A stretch of DNA of 64,000 bases from an uncultured bacterium (GTDB lineage: Bacteria; Verrucomicrobiota; Kiritimatiellia; CAIKKV01; CAITUY01), in contig CAJBSZ010000384.1 in the NCBI GenBank assembly GCA_903958395.1, positions 3,156 to 67,155 of the forward strand, written 5' to 3'. The notes under the pieces are model-generated. The model searched no databases. It was given only the letters and a program-made list of their open reading frames with translations, and was not told the DNA's origin. How positions within the stretch are numbered: position 1 is the stretch's first letter; each line of letters begins with the position of its first letter. Of the stretch, positions 29,957 to 39,394 are shown in pieces. Both the position numbers and the translations under genes were made by a program.

Positions 29957-30820
29957 TTACCCGTAAAGGGCTTTTTTCAGGGCGTCCCGCATTACCTCGA
30001 CCGCAGCTGGTTTCCCAGTCCAGATGGTGAAGGCCTCAGCGCCCTGGTGAAGCAACATCCCCAGTCCATTGGATGTTCGGGCACCGCCTGAAGCGGCGGC
30101 CTGGGTGAAGCAGGTGACCGGCCGGTTGTACACGAGATCAAAGGCCAATTGTCCGCTCCGGAAGGCGGACGGGGGAAGGGGACAGATATCCTCGGGTTTC
30201 ATGCCCACGGGGGAGGCTTGGATAATGAGATCGGCCTCAGGCGTGCGGTTGGCCCATTCGCCCGCTGTGGCGCCCGCCCACTCGACCTTGACCGAAGGCG
30301 ACAGGGTGGCGATATCACGGCTGACGGCTCTGCAGCGGGCTTCATCAATATCGGCGAGGAGTAGCCTTGAGGCGCCTTCGCTGGCGGCTGTAATCGCCAC
30401 CGCACGGCCGGCCCCGCCGCATCCCATTACGAACAGGGTTTTTCCGGTGACGGAGAAATCAAAAGCTTCATTCACGGCGGTCAAAAACCCTTTTCCATCA
30501 GTGTTGTGTCCGCGCAAGCCTGTGGCGGTGAACTCAACGGTATTCACGGCGCCAAGCCTGCTGGCAGACGGGGCGAGGTCGCTCAACCCCTTGAAGGCGG
30601 TTTCTTTCAGGGGCACGGTGAGGTTGACGCCGCGGAACCCCATGGTTTTCATGCTGGCCAGAACGGTTAGTAGTGCTTCGGGAGCCACATCGAACGCCAG
30701 GTAAAGGGCGTCCAGCCCCAGGGATTGGAATGCGGCATTGTGCATGACCGGCGAAAGGGTATGACCGATGGGGTGCCCCAGCACGGCGAAGGGAAGGGTA
30801 TGTCCGCTCAGCGCTTTCAT
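29957..30820 (-). CDS. aroE: shikimate dehydrogenase
   Basis: VLGHPIGHTLSPVMHNAAF...GVNLTVPLKE and GCGGAGRA NADP-binding motif. Confidence 0.9.
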   Translation of the reverse strand: MKALSGHTLPFAVLGHPIGHTLSPVMHNAAFQSLGLDALYLAFDVAPEALLTVLASMKTMGFRGVNLTVPLKETAFKGLSDLAPSASRLGAVNTVEFTATGLRGHNTDGKGFLTAVNEAFDFSVTGKTLFVMGCGGAGRAVAITAASEGASRLLLADIDEARCRAVSRDIATLSPSVKVEWAGATAGEWANRTPEADLIIQASPVGMKPEDICPLPPSAFRSGQLAFDLVYNRPVTCFTQAAASGGARTSNGLGMLLHQGAEAFTIWTGKPAAVEVMRDALKKALYG

Positions 30821-32385
30821 AAGGCTGGCCCCGGGTCACGTTTTGTTTTCTCGTGGGCGGCCCGGTTGAAGAGGAACCGGTTTACGCAGGACAGGTAAGC
30901 CCGGGTTCCGGCCTCGACGATATCGGTGCTGGCGGCCTTGGCGCTGATGATGTCATCGCCGAAGGCAACGCGCAGGGTGACTTCCCCCATGGCGTCCTTG
31001 CCGACGGAAATAGCCTGCAGCGAGAAGTCAATCAGCTGGCCCTTGACCTGGGTGATGCGGTCAATGGTTTTGAGCGCCGCATCCACAGGCCCATCGCCGC
31101 ACCCCGCGTCCTGGAAGACCTCGGTTCCGCGTTTCAGGCGGAGGGTGGCGGTGGGAACGGTTTCAGTGCCTGCCGAGACATGCAGGTAATCCAGGATAAA
31201 GGCGTTTTCAATCACATCCATCTGGTCGCGCACGATGGCCAGCAGGTCATCCTCGTAGATGTTCTTTTTCTTGTCGGCCAGTTCGATGAACCGGTTATAC
31301 GCGTTCTCGATTTCGGAATCCGTCAGCTTCATGCCCATTTTGGCGAGTTTGTCGCGGAAAGCGTGGCGGCCGGAGTGCTTGCCGAGAACGAGATCGGTTC
31401 CCTCAATTCCAATGTCTTCGGGACGCATGATTTCATAGGTCGTCCGTTCCTTGAGGATGCCGTCCTGATGAACGCCGGACTCATGGGCGAAGGCGTTGGC
31501 GCCCACGATGGCCTTGTTGCGTTGCACGATCATGCCCGTCATGCGGCTGACCATGCGGCTGACGCGGAAGATTTCGCGTGTTTCCACATTCGTACGGAGG
31601 GTGAAGTAGTCCTGGCGCGTGCGGATGGCCATGACGATTTCCTCCAGCGAGGTGTTGCCGGCGCGCTCGCCAAGTCCATTGATGGTGCATTCAACCTGGC
31701 GTGCCCCGGCCCGGACGGCGGCCAGTGAGTTGGCCACCGCCATGCCGAGATCGTTGTGGCAGTGGACCGAAATGATGACGCCTGGAACCCGGGCTTTCAC
31801 GCGTTCGGCGATAGTGCCGATCATGATGCCGTACTCGGCCGGGATGGCGTACCCGACGGTGTCCGGAATGTTGAGGGTAGTCGCGCCTGCTTCCGCCACG
31901 GCGGTGTAGAGTTCAATGAGATAGCCGAGGTCGGAGCGGGTGGTGTCCTGGGCGGAATACTCGACATCATCCGTGAAGGTGCGTGCAAATTTCACCGCAT
32001 GAACCGAGCGCTCAAGATTCTGGGCGCGGGTCATCTTCAGGATTTTATCCAGATGGATATCGCTGCCCGAGCTGAAGGTGTGGATTCGTCTTTTGGCGGC
32101 CGGAGCAATGGCCTTGCCCGCCCTCTCGATGTCCTTTTCAATGGTACGGGCGAGGGCGGCAATGGTCGGGCCCTTGATGCTTTCGGCAATCGCGTGTACG
32201 GCATCGAAGTCATCGGGCGAGGCGATGGGGAACCCGGCCTCAATCACATCCACTTTGAGGGCCGCAAGGGCGTGGGCGATTTCCAGTTTTTCCCGGCGGT
32301 TCAGGCTGCAGCCCGGAGCCTGCTCGCCGTCTCGGAGCGTGGTGTCGAAGATGATGACGCGATCCTGGTCTTTTTTTGGTGTCAT
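30817..32385 (-). CDS. leuA: 2-isopropylmalate synthase
   Basis: DTTLRDGEQAPG...HCHNDLGMAVAN HMGL-like motifs plus C-terminal LeuA dimerisation/regulatory domain; start trimmed to MTPKK. Confidence 0.88.
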   Translation of the reverse strand: MTPKKDQDRVIIFDTTLRDGEQAPGCSLNRREKLEIAHALAALKVDVIEAGFPIASPDDFDAVHAIAESIKGPTIAALARTIEKDIERAGKAIAPAAKRRIHTFSSGSDIHLDKILKMTRAQNLERSVHAVKFARTFTDDVEYSAQDTTRSDLGYLIELYTAVAEAGATTLNIPDTVGYAIPAEYGIMIGTIAERVKARVPGVIISVHCHNDLGMAVANSLAAVRAGARQVECTINGLGERAGNTSLEEIVMAIRTRQDYFTLRTNVETREIFRVSRMVSRMTGMIVQRNKAIVGANAFAHESGVHQDGILKERTTYEIMRPEDIGIEGTDLVLGKHSGRHAFRDKLAKMGMKLTDSEIENAYNRFIELADKKKNIYEDDLLAIVRDQMDVIENAFILDYLHVSAGTETVPTATLRLKRGTEVFQDAGCGDGPVDAALKTIDRITQVKGQLIDFSLQAISVGKDAMGEVTLRVAFGDDIISAKAASTDIVEAGTRAYLSCVNRFLFNRAAHEKTKRDPGPAL

Positions 32386-32392
32386 GACGTCC

Positions 32393-32887
32393 TCACTCTT
32401 TTCCCATGGCGATGACTCCTGACCGGGAGACATCCAGAATCTTGAAGGGGGCCACCAGTTTCAGGAAATCGGCGACATGCTGCTGTTCCCCGACCAGTTG
32501 GATGACCATGGAGTCGTTCTGGACGGACACGACCTTGCCTCCGAACACATCGGCCAGCTCAATGATTTCAGAGCGGTTTTTCCGGGTGGCGGCGATCTTG
32601 ACCAGGATGCATTCCCGGTTCAGGAAGGACTCCCGGGTCAGATCCGTTACCGAGATGACGTCCACCTGCTTGTTGAGCTGTTTGGTGACCTGCTCCAGGA
32701 CGCGGTCATCACCCGGAACCTGCATGGTCATACGGGAGATGGTCGGGTCCTGGGTGGGGCCGACATTGAGGCTTTCAATGTTGTAGCCGCGGCCCGAGAT
32801 CAGGCCGACCACGCGCGACAGCACGCCGGGTTCATTGTCCACAAGAGCGGTTATGGTATGTCGTCGTATTGAAGTGTTGTTGCTCAT
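32393..32887 (-). CDS. ilvN: acetolactate synthase small (regulatory) subunit
   Basis: ACT domain (HTITALVDNEPGVLSRVVGLISGRGYNIESL) plus C-terminal domain; start at MSNNTSI. Confidence 0.9.
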   Translation of the reverse strand: MSNNTSIRRHTITALVDNEPGVLSRVVGLISGRGYNIESLNVGPTQDPTISRMTMQVPGDDRVLEQVTKQLNKQVDVISVTDLTRESFLNRECILVKIAATRKNRSEIIELADVFGGKVVSVQNDSMVIQLVGEQQHVADFLKLVAPFKILDVSRSGVIAMGKE

Positions 32888-32901
32888 CGTCATCCTTTCT
32901 T

Positions 32902-34620
32902 TCACGCCAGGCCTTGGACCATTTCAGACAGGGAGGCGCCCGGGGGCACCATTGGATACACATTATCATCCGGCTTGGTGATGCATTCAATCACCACCGG
33001 CCGTTTCATGGCCAGTGCCTTACGGAGGGCGGGGGCCACCTCGCGTTTTTCGGCTACGCGCAGACCGGCGGCGCCATGGGCTTCCGCCATTTTCACAAAA
33101 TCCGGCAGATACCCCGGGGGTTTATCCCTGAGTTTTTCGTTCCGGGCGCGGAGGTTCTGGTCCAGCCGGACGGCGGAATATTCCTTTTTGTAGAACATCT
33201 CCTGCCATTGCCGGACCATGCCCAGATAGCCGTTGTTCATGATGACCACCACGATGGGCAGGTCATGTTCGACCGCGACCACGAGTTCCTGGAAGTTCAT
33301 CTGGATGCTACCGTCGCCGGAAATGGCGATGACATTGCGGTCGCGGCAACCCGCCTTGGCGCCGATGGCGGCGGGCAGGCCGAAGCCCATGGTGCCCAGG
33401 CCGCCGGACGAGATGAACGAGCGCGGCTGGGTGTACTTGAAGAAGTGGGCCGCCCACATCTGGTGTTGTCCGACATCGGTGGTGATGATGGCGTCGCCCT
33501 TGGTCACCTCGTAGATTTGCTCAATGGCGTACTGGGCCAGAATGCGAGGCTCCCTGGTGTCGTAGATGAATGGCGCTTCTTTTTGCCAGCCGTGAACCTG
33601 TGTCAGCCATTCTTTTCTCGCCTGGGTCTCAATCTGGGGAATGAGTTCCTTGAGAATGGACTTGGCGTGTCCCACGACCGGGATATCGACGCGAACGCTT
33701 TTGGCGATGGCCGAGGGATCGATATCGATATGGGCGATGATGGCATTCGGTGCGAATTCCGAGACTTTCCCGGTCACGCGGTCGTCAAACCGGGCGCCGA
33801 CGGAAATCAGGAGATCGCAAGTGCTGATGGCCCGGTTTGCGGCCACGCTACCATGCATGCCCGGCATGCGGAGCGCCAGGGGATCGGTATCCGGGAATCC
33901 ACCCAGTCCGAGCAGGGTTGTGGTGACGGGGATTTTAGCCTTGCGCGCGAGGGTGGCGAGTTCAGCCGACGCGCCTGCGGCAATGACGCCGGCGCCAGCG
34001 AGAATCACCGGCTTGCGGGACGCATTGATGGCTGCGGCCAACTTGGCGATCTGCCTGGAATTGCCCTCATAGACCGGTTTGTAGCCCCTGCGTTCAGGCT
34101 TTCCGGAGAACGTGGCGCTGGTCGTCTGGCGTTGAATATCCTTGGGGATATCCACGAGTACGGGGCCGGGTCGCCCGGTTGTGGCGATTTCAAAGGCTTC
34201 GGCAATGATGCGGGGCAGATCGTCCACATTCTTCACCAGATAGTTATGTTTGGTAACCGCCCGGGTGATGCCGACGGTATCGGCTTCCTGGAAGGCGTCG
34301 TTCCCGATCATGTGGGAGGGGACCTGCCCGGCAATGCAGACGACAGGAATTCCGTCCATATTGGCGGTGGCCAGGCCTGTGACGGCGTTGGTGGCGCCCG
34401 GGCCGGAGGTCACGATACAGCAGCCGGGTTTGCCTGTGGCGCGGGCGTAACCGTCGGCCATATGGGTGGCGCCCTGCTCGTGGCGGACCAGGAAAAATTC
34501 AAGGGGGGCGCGCGCCAGTTCGTCGAAAAGATCCAGGACGGTTCCGCCAGGAAGACCGAACAGGGTTTTCACTCCCGCATCCTTCAGGGCATCAATTGTA
34601 CATTTCGCACCGCTTCTCAT
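32902..34620 (-). CDS. ilvB: acetolactate synthase large (catalytic) subunit
   Basis: ThDP enzyme with GGxxxDLFD, FAD-binding region and GDGSIQMNFQEL ThDP motif; 572 aa. Confidence 0.92.
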   Translation of the reverse strand: MRSGAKCTIDALKDAGVKTLFGLPGGTVLDLFDELARAPLEFFLVRHEQGATHMADGYARATGKPGCCIVTSGPGATNAVTGLATANMDGIPVVCIAGQVPSHMIGNDAFQEADTVGITRAVTKHNYLVKNVDDLPRIIAEAFEIATTGRPGPVLVDIPKDIQRQTTSATFSGKPERRGYKPVYEGNSRQIAKLAAAINASRKPVILAGAGVIAAGASAELATLARKAKIPVTTTLLGLGGFPDTDPLALRMPGMHGSVAANRAISTCDLLISVGARFDDRVTGKVSEFAPNAIIAHIDIDPSAIAKSVRVDIPVVGHAKSILKELIPQIETQARKEWLTQVHGWQKEAPFIYDTREPRILAQYAIEQIYEVTKGDAIITTDVGQHQMWAAHFFKYTQPRSFISSGGLGTMGFGLPAAIGAKAGCRDRNVIAISGDGSIQMNFQELVVAVEHDLPIVVVIMNNGYLGMVRQWQEMFYKKEYSAVRLDQNLRARNEKLRDKPPGYLPDFVKMAEAHGAAGLRVAEKREVAPALRKALAMKRPVVIECITKPDDNVYPMVPPGASLSEMVQGLA

Positions 34621-34663
34621 GGTTCACTCTCCTCTTCTGAATCGTGGCATTATAGTTATATAA

Positions 34664-34806
34664 ACGAAAAAACCCACCGCTTTTTGCGGTGGGTATTCTT
34701 TGCGTCGGTTATGTATCCTGTCAGATACAAACCTCCCACCGCAAGGCGCCTACCAATACCAAGCTGAGGGTATTCCGACTGAATGCGATGGGACTAATTG
34801 TTTTCA
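34664..34806 (-). promoter_or_regulatory. candidate leader-peptide transcription attenuator upstream of ilvB
   Basis: 28-codon minus-strand ORF MKTISPIAFSRNTLSLVLVGALRWEVCI (34806..34720) with an LSLVLV run. Three-segment RNA switch: A GCGGTGGG inside the ORF, B CCCACCGC, C GCGGTGGG followed by TTTTTT, 45 nt upstream of the ilvB ATG. Confidence 0.5.
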
Positions 34807-34955
34807 TCTGTCAATACAGTGCCAGAACGAGGGGTATCCCGTCAATCCTGTTTTTGGCAGGGGACGCGGCCTGAGTGAAACGGTTCTTCGTCATTTTCAG
34901 TACCATTGTGCAACAGGGGTTGTGTGACCGTGGCAACCTGATGTACTGTCCAGCA

Positions 34956-36617
34956 ATGAATGGCGACAAATACCTTGTGATCGGGCACCGGAATCCTGAT
35001 ACGGACTCCGTCTGTGCGGCCTATGCGTACGCGCAACTCAAGAACGAGCTGGCCGGGAAAGAAGTTGCCATTCCCTTGCGGTGCGGTCCGCTGACGCAGC
35101 AGGCCGAATATGTGTTTAATCGGGCCGGTGTGGAGCCGCCGGTATTTGTTAAAGACGTGTATCCGCTGGTGGCCGACGTTATGACCTCCCATTGCGAGAC
35201 GGCGTCTCTCGATTCCCCTCTGGCGGACGTCATTCATATCCTGGATGAGCGTCATGTGCATAATATGCCCGTCGTTTCGGAGGGGGGGCGATATGAGGGA
35301 ATCATCAGTGAGCACGAACTCGTGAAGCTGCTCGCGGGCTCCGGGCAGGGCCGTACACGGATGTTCTTTTCGGTGGAGAACGTCGTGAAGGTAATGGGTG
35401 GACGTCTCCTGTACCGGGGTCAGAAAAATTCACAAGAAGTCTCGGTGATGATTGGGGCCATGCCGCTGGAGGGATTCTCCCGGCGTGTGGCCAAGCTGGA
35501 TCCCGCGTCCACTTTGCTCATCGTGGGTAACCGGCCCGATCTGATTGCGCATGCCATCGAACGGAGGGTGGAAGTCCTGATCGTTACCGGCATGGGGGAG
35601 AACGACAGCCCCGCCCTGTCTGCGGGATCGCTTCCGGGCTGGATCATCTGCTCTCCCCATGACACCTTGGAGACCTATCGCCGGCTGATGCTTAGCACGC
35701 CGGTACGGAAGGTGATGAGTTCCCTGGCGAAAACCCTGTCTCCTGAGGCGCATCTCGGCGAAGCCAAAGCGATTTTTCGTTCGTCGAGCCAGCGCGGAAT
35801 TCCCGTACTTGAGGGGGATCGACTGATCGGCATTCTAACCCGGTCCGACCTTCTGAAAACGATTCGGAAGCGCTTGATTCTCGTTGATCACAATGAACTG
35901 GATCAGGCGGTGGAGGGGGCCGAGGAGGCGGAATTGTGCGAAATCATTGATCATCACCGGTTCGGAGGGATTGTCACAACGCATCCCATTCACGTCTATG
36001 CCCGCCCGGTGGGAAGTTCTTGCACGCTGATTCAGCAGTTATTTGAGCGCGCCGGGAAGAGCCCCGCGCCGGAGACCGCTTTTCTGATGATGTGCTCGAT
36101 TGTTTGTGACACGGTTGCGCTTAAGTCACCGACCGCCACGGCGGAGGATGAGGTGGCCCTTGAGGCGTTGTCGCGGCTGGCGGGATTCGACTGGCGATCG
36201 GTCGCCAAAGATATTTTCTCAAAAACCTGCGCGCTTAATTCGCGTTCCGCAGCGGAGCTGGTTTCCGTGGATCTCAAACTCTACAACGAATTCGGGGTGA
36301 GCTTCGGGATTGGCCAGATTGAGACCACTGACTTGAGCGAAGTAAACGAGAGTCTTGCCTCCTTGCGCGAAGAACTGCAGCGCGTGCGGATCGAAAAGGG
36401 GTTGATGTGGCTGATGCTGATGGTGTCGGATATTATCCACTCGGAGAGCGTACTGGTTTCAAGTGGCTTTGGACGAGCCGAAGAGGCCCTCATTTACCAC
36501 CGGACCCCCGAAGGGATGTTCCGACTCCCCGGCGTGTTATCACGAAAAAAGCAACTCCTGCCTGAAGTTCTGCGCGTGTTGAGCGAAACCACCTCCTCCG
36601 CCCGGCGTCAGCCCTGA
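34956..36617 (+). CDS. CBS-domain family II (DHH/DHHA2) inorganic pyrophosphatase
   Basis: N-terminal DHH motif (VIGHRNPDTDSVCAA), inserted CBS pair/DRTGG region, VDHHR DHHA2-type motifs; start at the third in-frame Met. Confidence 0.72.
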   Translation: MNGDKYLVIGHRNPDTDSVCAAYAYAQLKNELAGKEVAIPLRCGPLTQQAEYVFNRAGVEPPVFVKDVYPLVADVMTSHCETASLDSPLADVIHILDERHVHNMPVVSEGGRYEGIISEHELVKLLAGSGQGRTRMFFSVENVVKVMGGRLLYRGQKNSQEVSVMIGAMPLEGFSRRVAKLDPASTLLIVGNRPDLIAHAIERRVEVLIVTGMGENDSPALSAGSLPGWIICSPHDTLETYRRLMLSTPVRKVMSSLAKTLSPEAHLGEAKAIFRSSSQRGIPVLEGDRLIGILTRSDLLKTIRKRLILVDHNELDQAVEGAEEAELCEIIDHHRFGGIVTTHPIHVYARPVGSSCTLIQQLFERAGKSPAPETAFLMMCSIVCDTVALKSPTATAEDEVALEALSRLAGFDWRSVAKDIFSKTCALNSRSAAELVSVDLKLYNEFGVSFGIGQIETTDLSEVNESLASLREELQRVRIEKGLMWLMLMVSDIIHSESVLVSSGFGRAEEALIYHRTPEGMFRLPGVLSRKKQLLPEVLRVLSETTSSARRQP

Positions 36618-36626
36618 GCTGCTGAA

Positions 36627-38795
36627 TTACCGGTACAGCGCGGTCTGGGGGCGATCGGTGAGGATGTTATAATGGCGCATGGCGAGCTTCCACCAGGGGG
36701 AGAGCTGGGCCTCGGGAAGTTGCCAGATTCGGTTATGGAGTTCGGCTACGGCCTGGGCGTTGAGCAGCAGCGCCATTTGTTCGCGGCGGGTGAGGTCGTC
36801 CGGCCCCTTGGTCAGAAGCCGGTCGGCCAGATCGCGAAGATACCGGTTGAGGGGGCGCGGGGTTCTGCGGTGCCGGATTAATGAGCCGTGGGCGGCATTG
36901 AGGTAGGGATCCAGAAGCACTTGCATCAGCCCGTAGTGGGGCGCGATCCATGCCTGTGGCGCCAGATGCCGGTGGGTGGCTTCAAGATTTTTTTCAAGAT
37001 GGGTGACCACGGAAGGGGGGTGGCTTTCAGCGGGTATGATGAAAATTTTCATGCGCCGGAGTCGCTTTCCAACGGAGGGCATGCTGAGCAGCGCCGAGAT
37101 GGGGATGGAGCCCATCAGGCCGAAGGTTACCGGGCTCAGCCACCAGAAAAAGGCGGGATTGATTCTCAGCGCAATCATGGCCCAGACCACGCCGACGGCT
37201 GTCTGCCCGGCATGGGCCCGGATCACGCCGCCCCAGTCGACCGTGCTGCCGGCATCCCGCGACTGGGGATTCCAGGGCACGTCACTCCCGGCCATGATTT
37301 CCGTGACGAAGCGGGTGTTGAAACACATCTGAACCGGCGCCAGCAGGATGGAGAAAAGATGTTCAAGGCAAAATCCGATCATTAATCGAACTGCTCCCCC
37401 GAAGGCCTTGCGCCGTTCCCGGTTAAAAACCGCCAGTAGCACGGCCAGGATTTTTGGCAGGGTCAGCATGACGATGGTGATCAGGAATAGGAGCAAAGCC
37501 AGGCGCCCGCCCCCAATGTCCAGGAACGAGGACAGGCCGATGTCGGAATCGAACCGCGGCGGCGCTCCTGCAGCCCAGTAGAGTTGACATTGGATGGTGC
37601 CGAGGATCATGAAGATGAACCAGAGGGGGGAGGCAAGGTAAGACAGGACGCCGAGGGCGAGGTGGAGCCGGTTGATGGGGCGGAAGCCCTTGGCTGAGAG
37701 CAGCCAGCTGTGCTGCAGATTGCCGCGGCACCAGCGCCGGTCTCGGCAGGCATGATCCACCAGGGTGGGCGGGAGATTTTCGTAGCTGCCGCCCAGTTCG
37801 TAGGCCATCCATACTTCATAATTTGCACGGCGCATCAGGGCCGCTTCGACATAGTCGTGGCTCATAAATCGGCTACCCCCGCCACCGGACGAGGCCCGCA
37901 GGGTCGGCAGTGCGCAGTGATCAATGAAAGGCGCCACCCGGATGATGGCGTTGTGGCCCCAGAAGTTTCCGCTTCCCGCCTGCCAGTAATTCAGGCCCGC
38001 CTGGAAGACCGGGCCGTAGAGAACTCCTGAGAATTGCATCAGCCGGGCAAAGAAAGTCTGTCCCTGTATGGGGGACGGCACGGTCTGAATAATGCCGGCC
38101 GTGGGGTTCGCCTCCATCATCTGGACCATGCGTGCCAGGGTGTTGCCCTCCATCAGGCTGTCGGCATCAAGGACCACCATATAGCGGTACTTGCGGCCCC
38201 AGCGGCGCAGGAAATCGCTGATGTTTCCGCTTTTCCGGTTCAGGGCGATATTGCGCTTGCGGTAGAAGATCCGGCCGAATCCCTTGACCTGCTTGCACAG
38301 GTCGATCCAGGCGACTTCCTCCTCGATCCATTTGTTGGGATTATTGGAGTCGCTGAGGATGAAGATATCGAACCGCTCGATGTAGCCGGTGCGTACGAGA
38401 TCCAGGTAAATGGTCCGGATTCCCTCGTAGACCCGGCTTACATCCTCGTTGTAAATCGGGATGGCGATGGCCGTGGCGGGGAGTGTGGCCATTTCGGGAA
38501 GGGTGGCGGGCAGCGTGCGCGAGATGCTGCAGGGGTTTTTTCGCCGTAACAGAATGAAGAATCCGAAGACAGCCTGCGTGAATCCCAGTGTCACCATGCC
38601 GAAGAGGGGGACGAAGAGGATCAGCATGGCGATTTCAATGCCATCAAGGCCGCCGCGCCAGAGAATGTCAGCCATGACCCAGGTGGCTAGACCGGTCAGG
38701 GTCAGCACCACGGTAAAGAAGAAGGCCTGGCGGGTGCCCGAGTGCCGGAGGCGACCCAGTTTGACGACGTTTGGGGGTTGGCCTGAATTTGTCAT
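36627..38795 (-). CDS. opgH: osmoregulated periplasmic glucan glucosyltransferase OpgH/MdoH (GT2)
   Basis: Multi-TM GT2 with VVLDADS, QTVP and RWCRGNLQH motifs typical of MdoH; 722 aa. Confidence 0.85.
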   Translation of the reverse strand: MTNSGQPPNVVKLGRLRHSGTRQAFFFTVVLTLTGLATWVMADILWRGGLDGIEIAMLILFVPLFGMVTLGFTQAVFGFFILLRRKNPCSISRTLPATLPEMATLPATAIAIPIYNEDVSRVYEGIRTIYLDLVRTGYIERFDIFILSDSNNPNKWIEEEVAWIDLCKQVKGFGRIFYRKRNIALNRKSGNISDFLRRWGRKYRYMVVLDADSLMEGNTLARMVQMMEANPTAGIIQTVPSPIQGQTFFARLMQFSGVLYGPVFQAGLNYWQAGSGNFWGHNAIIRVAPFIDHCALPTLRASSGGGGSRFMSHDYVEAALMRRANYEVWMAYELGGSYENLPPTLVDHACRDRRWCRGNLQHSWLLSAKGFRPINRLHLALGVLSYLASPLWFIFMILGTIQCQLYWAAGAPPRFDSDIGLSSFLDIGGGRLALLLFLITIVMLTLPKILAVLLAVFNRERRKAFGGAVRLMIGFCLEHLFSILLAPVQMCFNTRFVTEIMAGSDVPWNPQSRDAGSTVDWGGVIRAHAGQTAVGVVWAMIALRINPAFFWWLSPVTFGLMGSIPISALLSMPSVGKRLRRMKIFIIPAESHPPSVVTHLEKNLEATHRHLAPQAWIAPHYGLMQVLLDPYLNAAHGSLIRHRRTPRPLNRYLRDLADRLLTKGPDDLTRREQMALLLNAQAVAELHNRIWQLPEAQLSPWWKLAMRHYNILTDRPQTALYR

Positions 38796-39394
38796 CGGCG
38801 TGTGTACCAGAAAAGAAAAACAAGTCCGGCGCTGATTAAGAGCCAGAGAAACAGGGTTCGCAGGATGGGAAACCGGTCGAACGTCTCCCGGGCCGAATCC
38901 GCCAGATCAGGAATCAAGCCCCGATCCAGGGGGCGGGGGACCATGCTGCTGACTTCCAGTTCCGGACCGGTTTTGACAAGCCGGGCATGCAGGGTTTCGG
39001 AAAAGCCGGGAGGCGACAGCTGGGGGTTGAGAAAGGCATTTGGCCAGCGCATAGGCGCATCGCACAGGTAGAGTGCCAGATACCCCTCGGGCAAGGTGTA
39101 AGGACGTTCGTCGGAGCGTGGCGGAAGCAGGCCGCTCATCCATTGCGTGATCAGGCGTCTCGCTTCGTCAATGGCAAGTGTAGCCAGATGAACGGACGGG
39201 CTGCCTTCCGATGTGGCATTGCGTTTTTCGATGGCGCGCTGAAGGATCACGGCGGCCAGCCGGGCACGATGGAGGCGACTGGCCACCCGGCAGGCGCGGA
39301 GATAGTTTTCGACCTTTTCAAAGGCCTCATCCCATTCCGCGGCCATGACCGGATCCCATGCCGGTAATGTTATGGCATCCAGAGGTAAGTCCAT
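38792..39394 (-). CDS. hypothetical tail-anchored membrane protein between opgG and opgH
   Basis: 200 aa; soluble N-terminal domain plus C-terminal TM (LFLWLLISAGLVFLFW); overlaps opgG by 25 nt and opgH by 4 nt. Confidence 0.45.
   Translation of the reverse strand: MDLPLDAITLPAWDPVMAAEWDEAFEKVENYLRACRVASRLHRARLAAVILQRAIEKRNATSEGSPSVHLATLAIDEARRLITQWMSGLLPPRSDERPYTLPEGYLALYLCDAPMRWPNAFLNPQLSPPGFSETLHARLVKTGPELEVSSMVPRPLDRGLIPDLADSARETFDRFPILRTLFLWLLISAGLVFLFWYTRR

Noticed and set aside
32869-34767. 632-aa + strand ORF
   Set aside because: Antisense to ilvB and ilvN. Gly/Asp/His-rich shadow ORF.
34820-34892. Alternative upstream small ORF MTKNRFTQAASPAKNRIDGIPLVLALY as the ilv leader peptide
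   Set aside because: Its stop is ~150 nt from the terminator, too far for ribosome-mediated attenuation. The 34806..34720 ORF is positioned correctly. It may simply overlap the promoter region.
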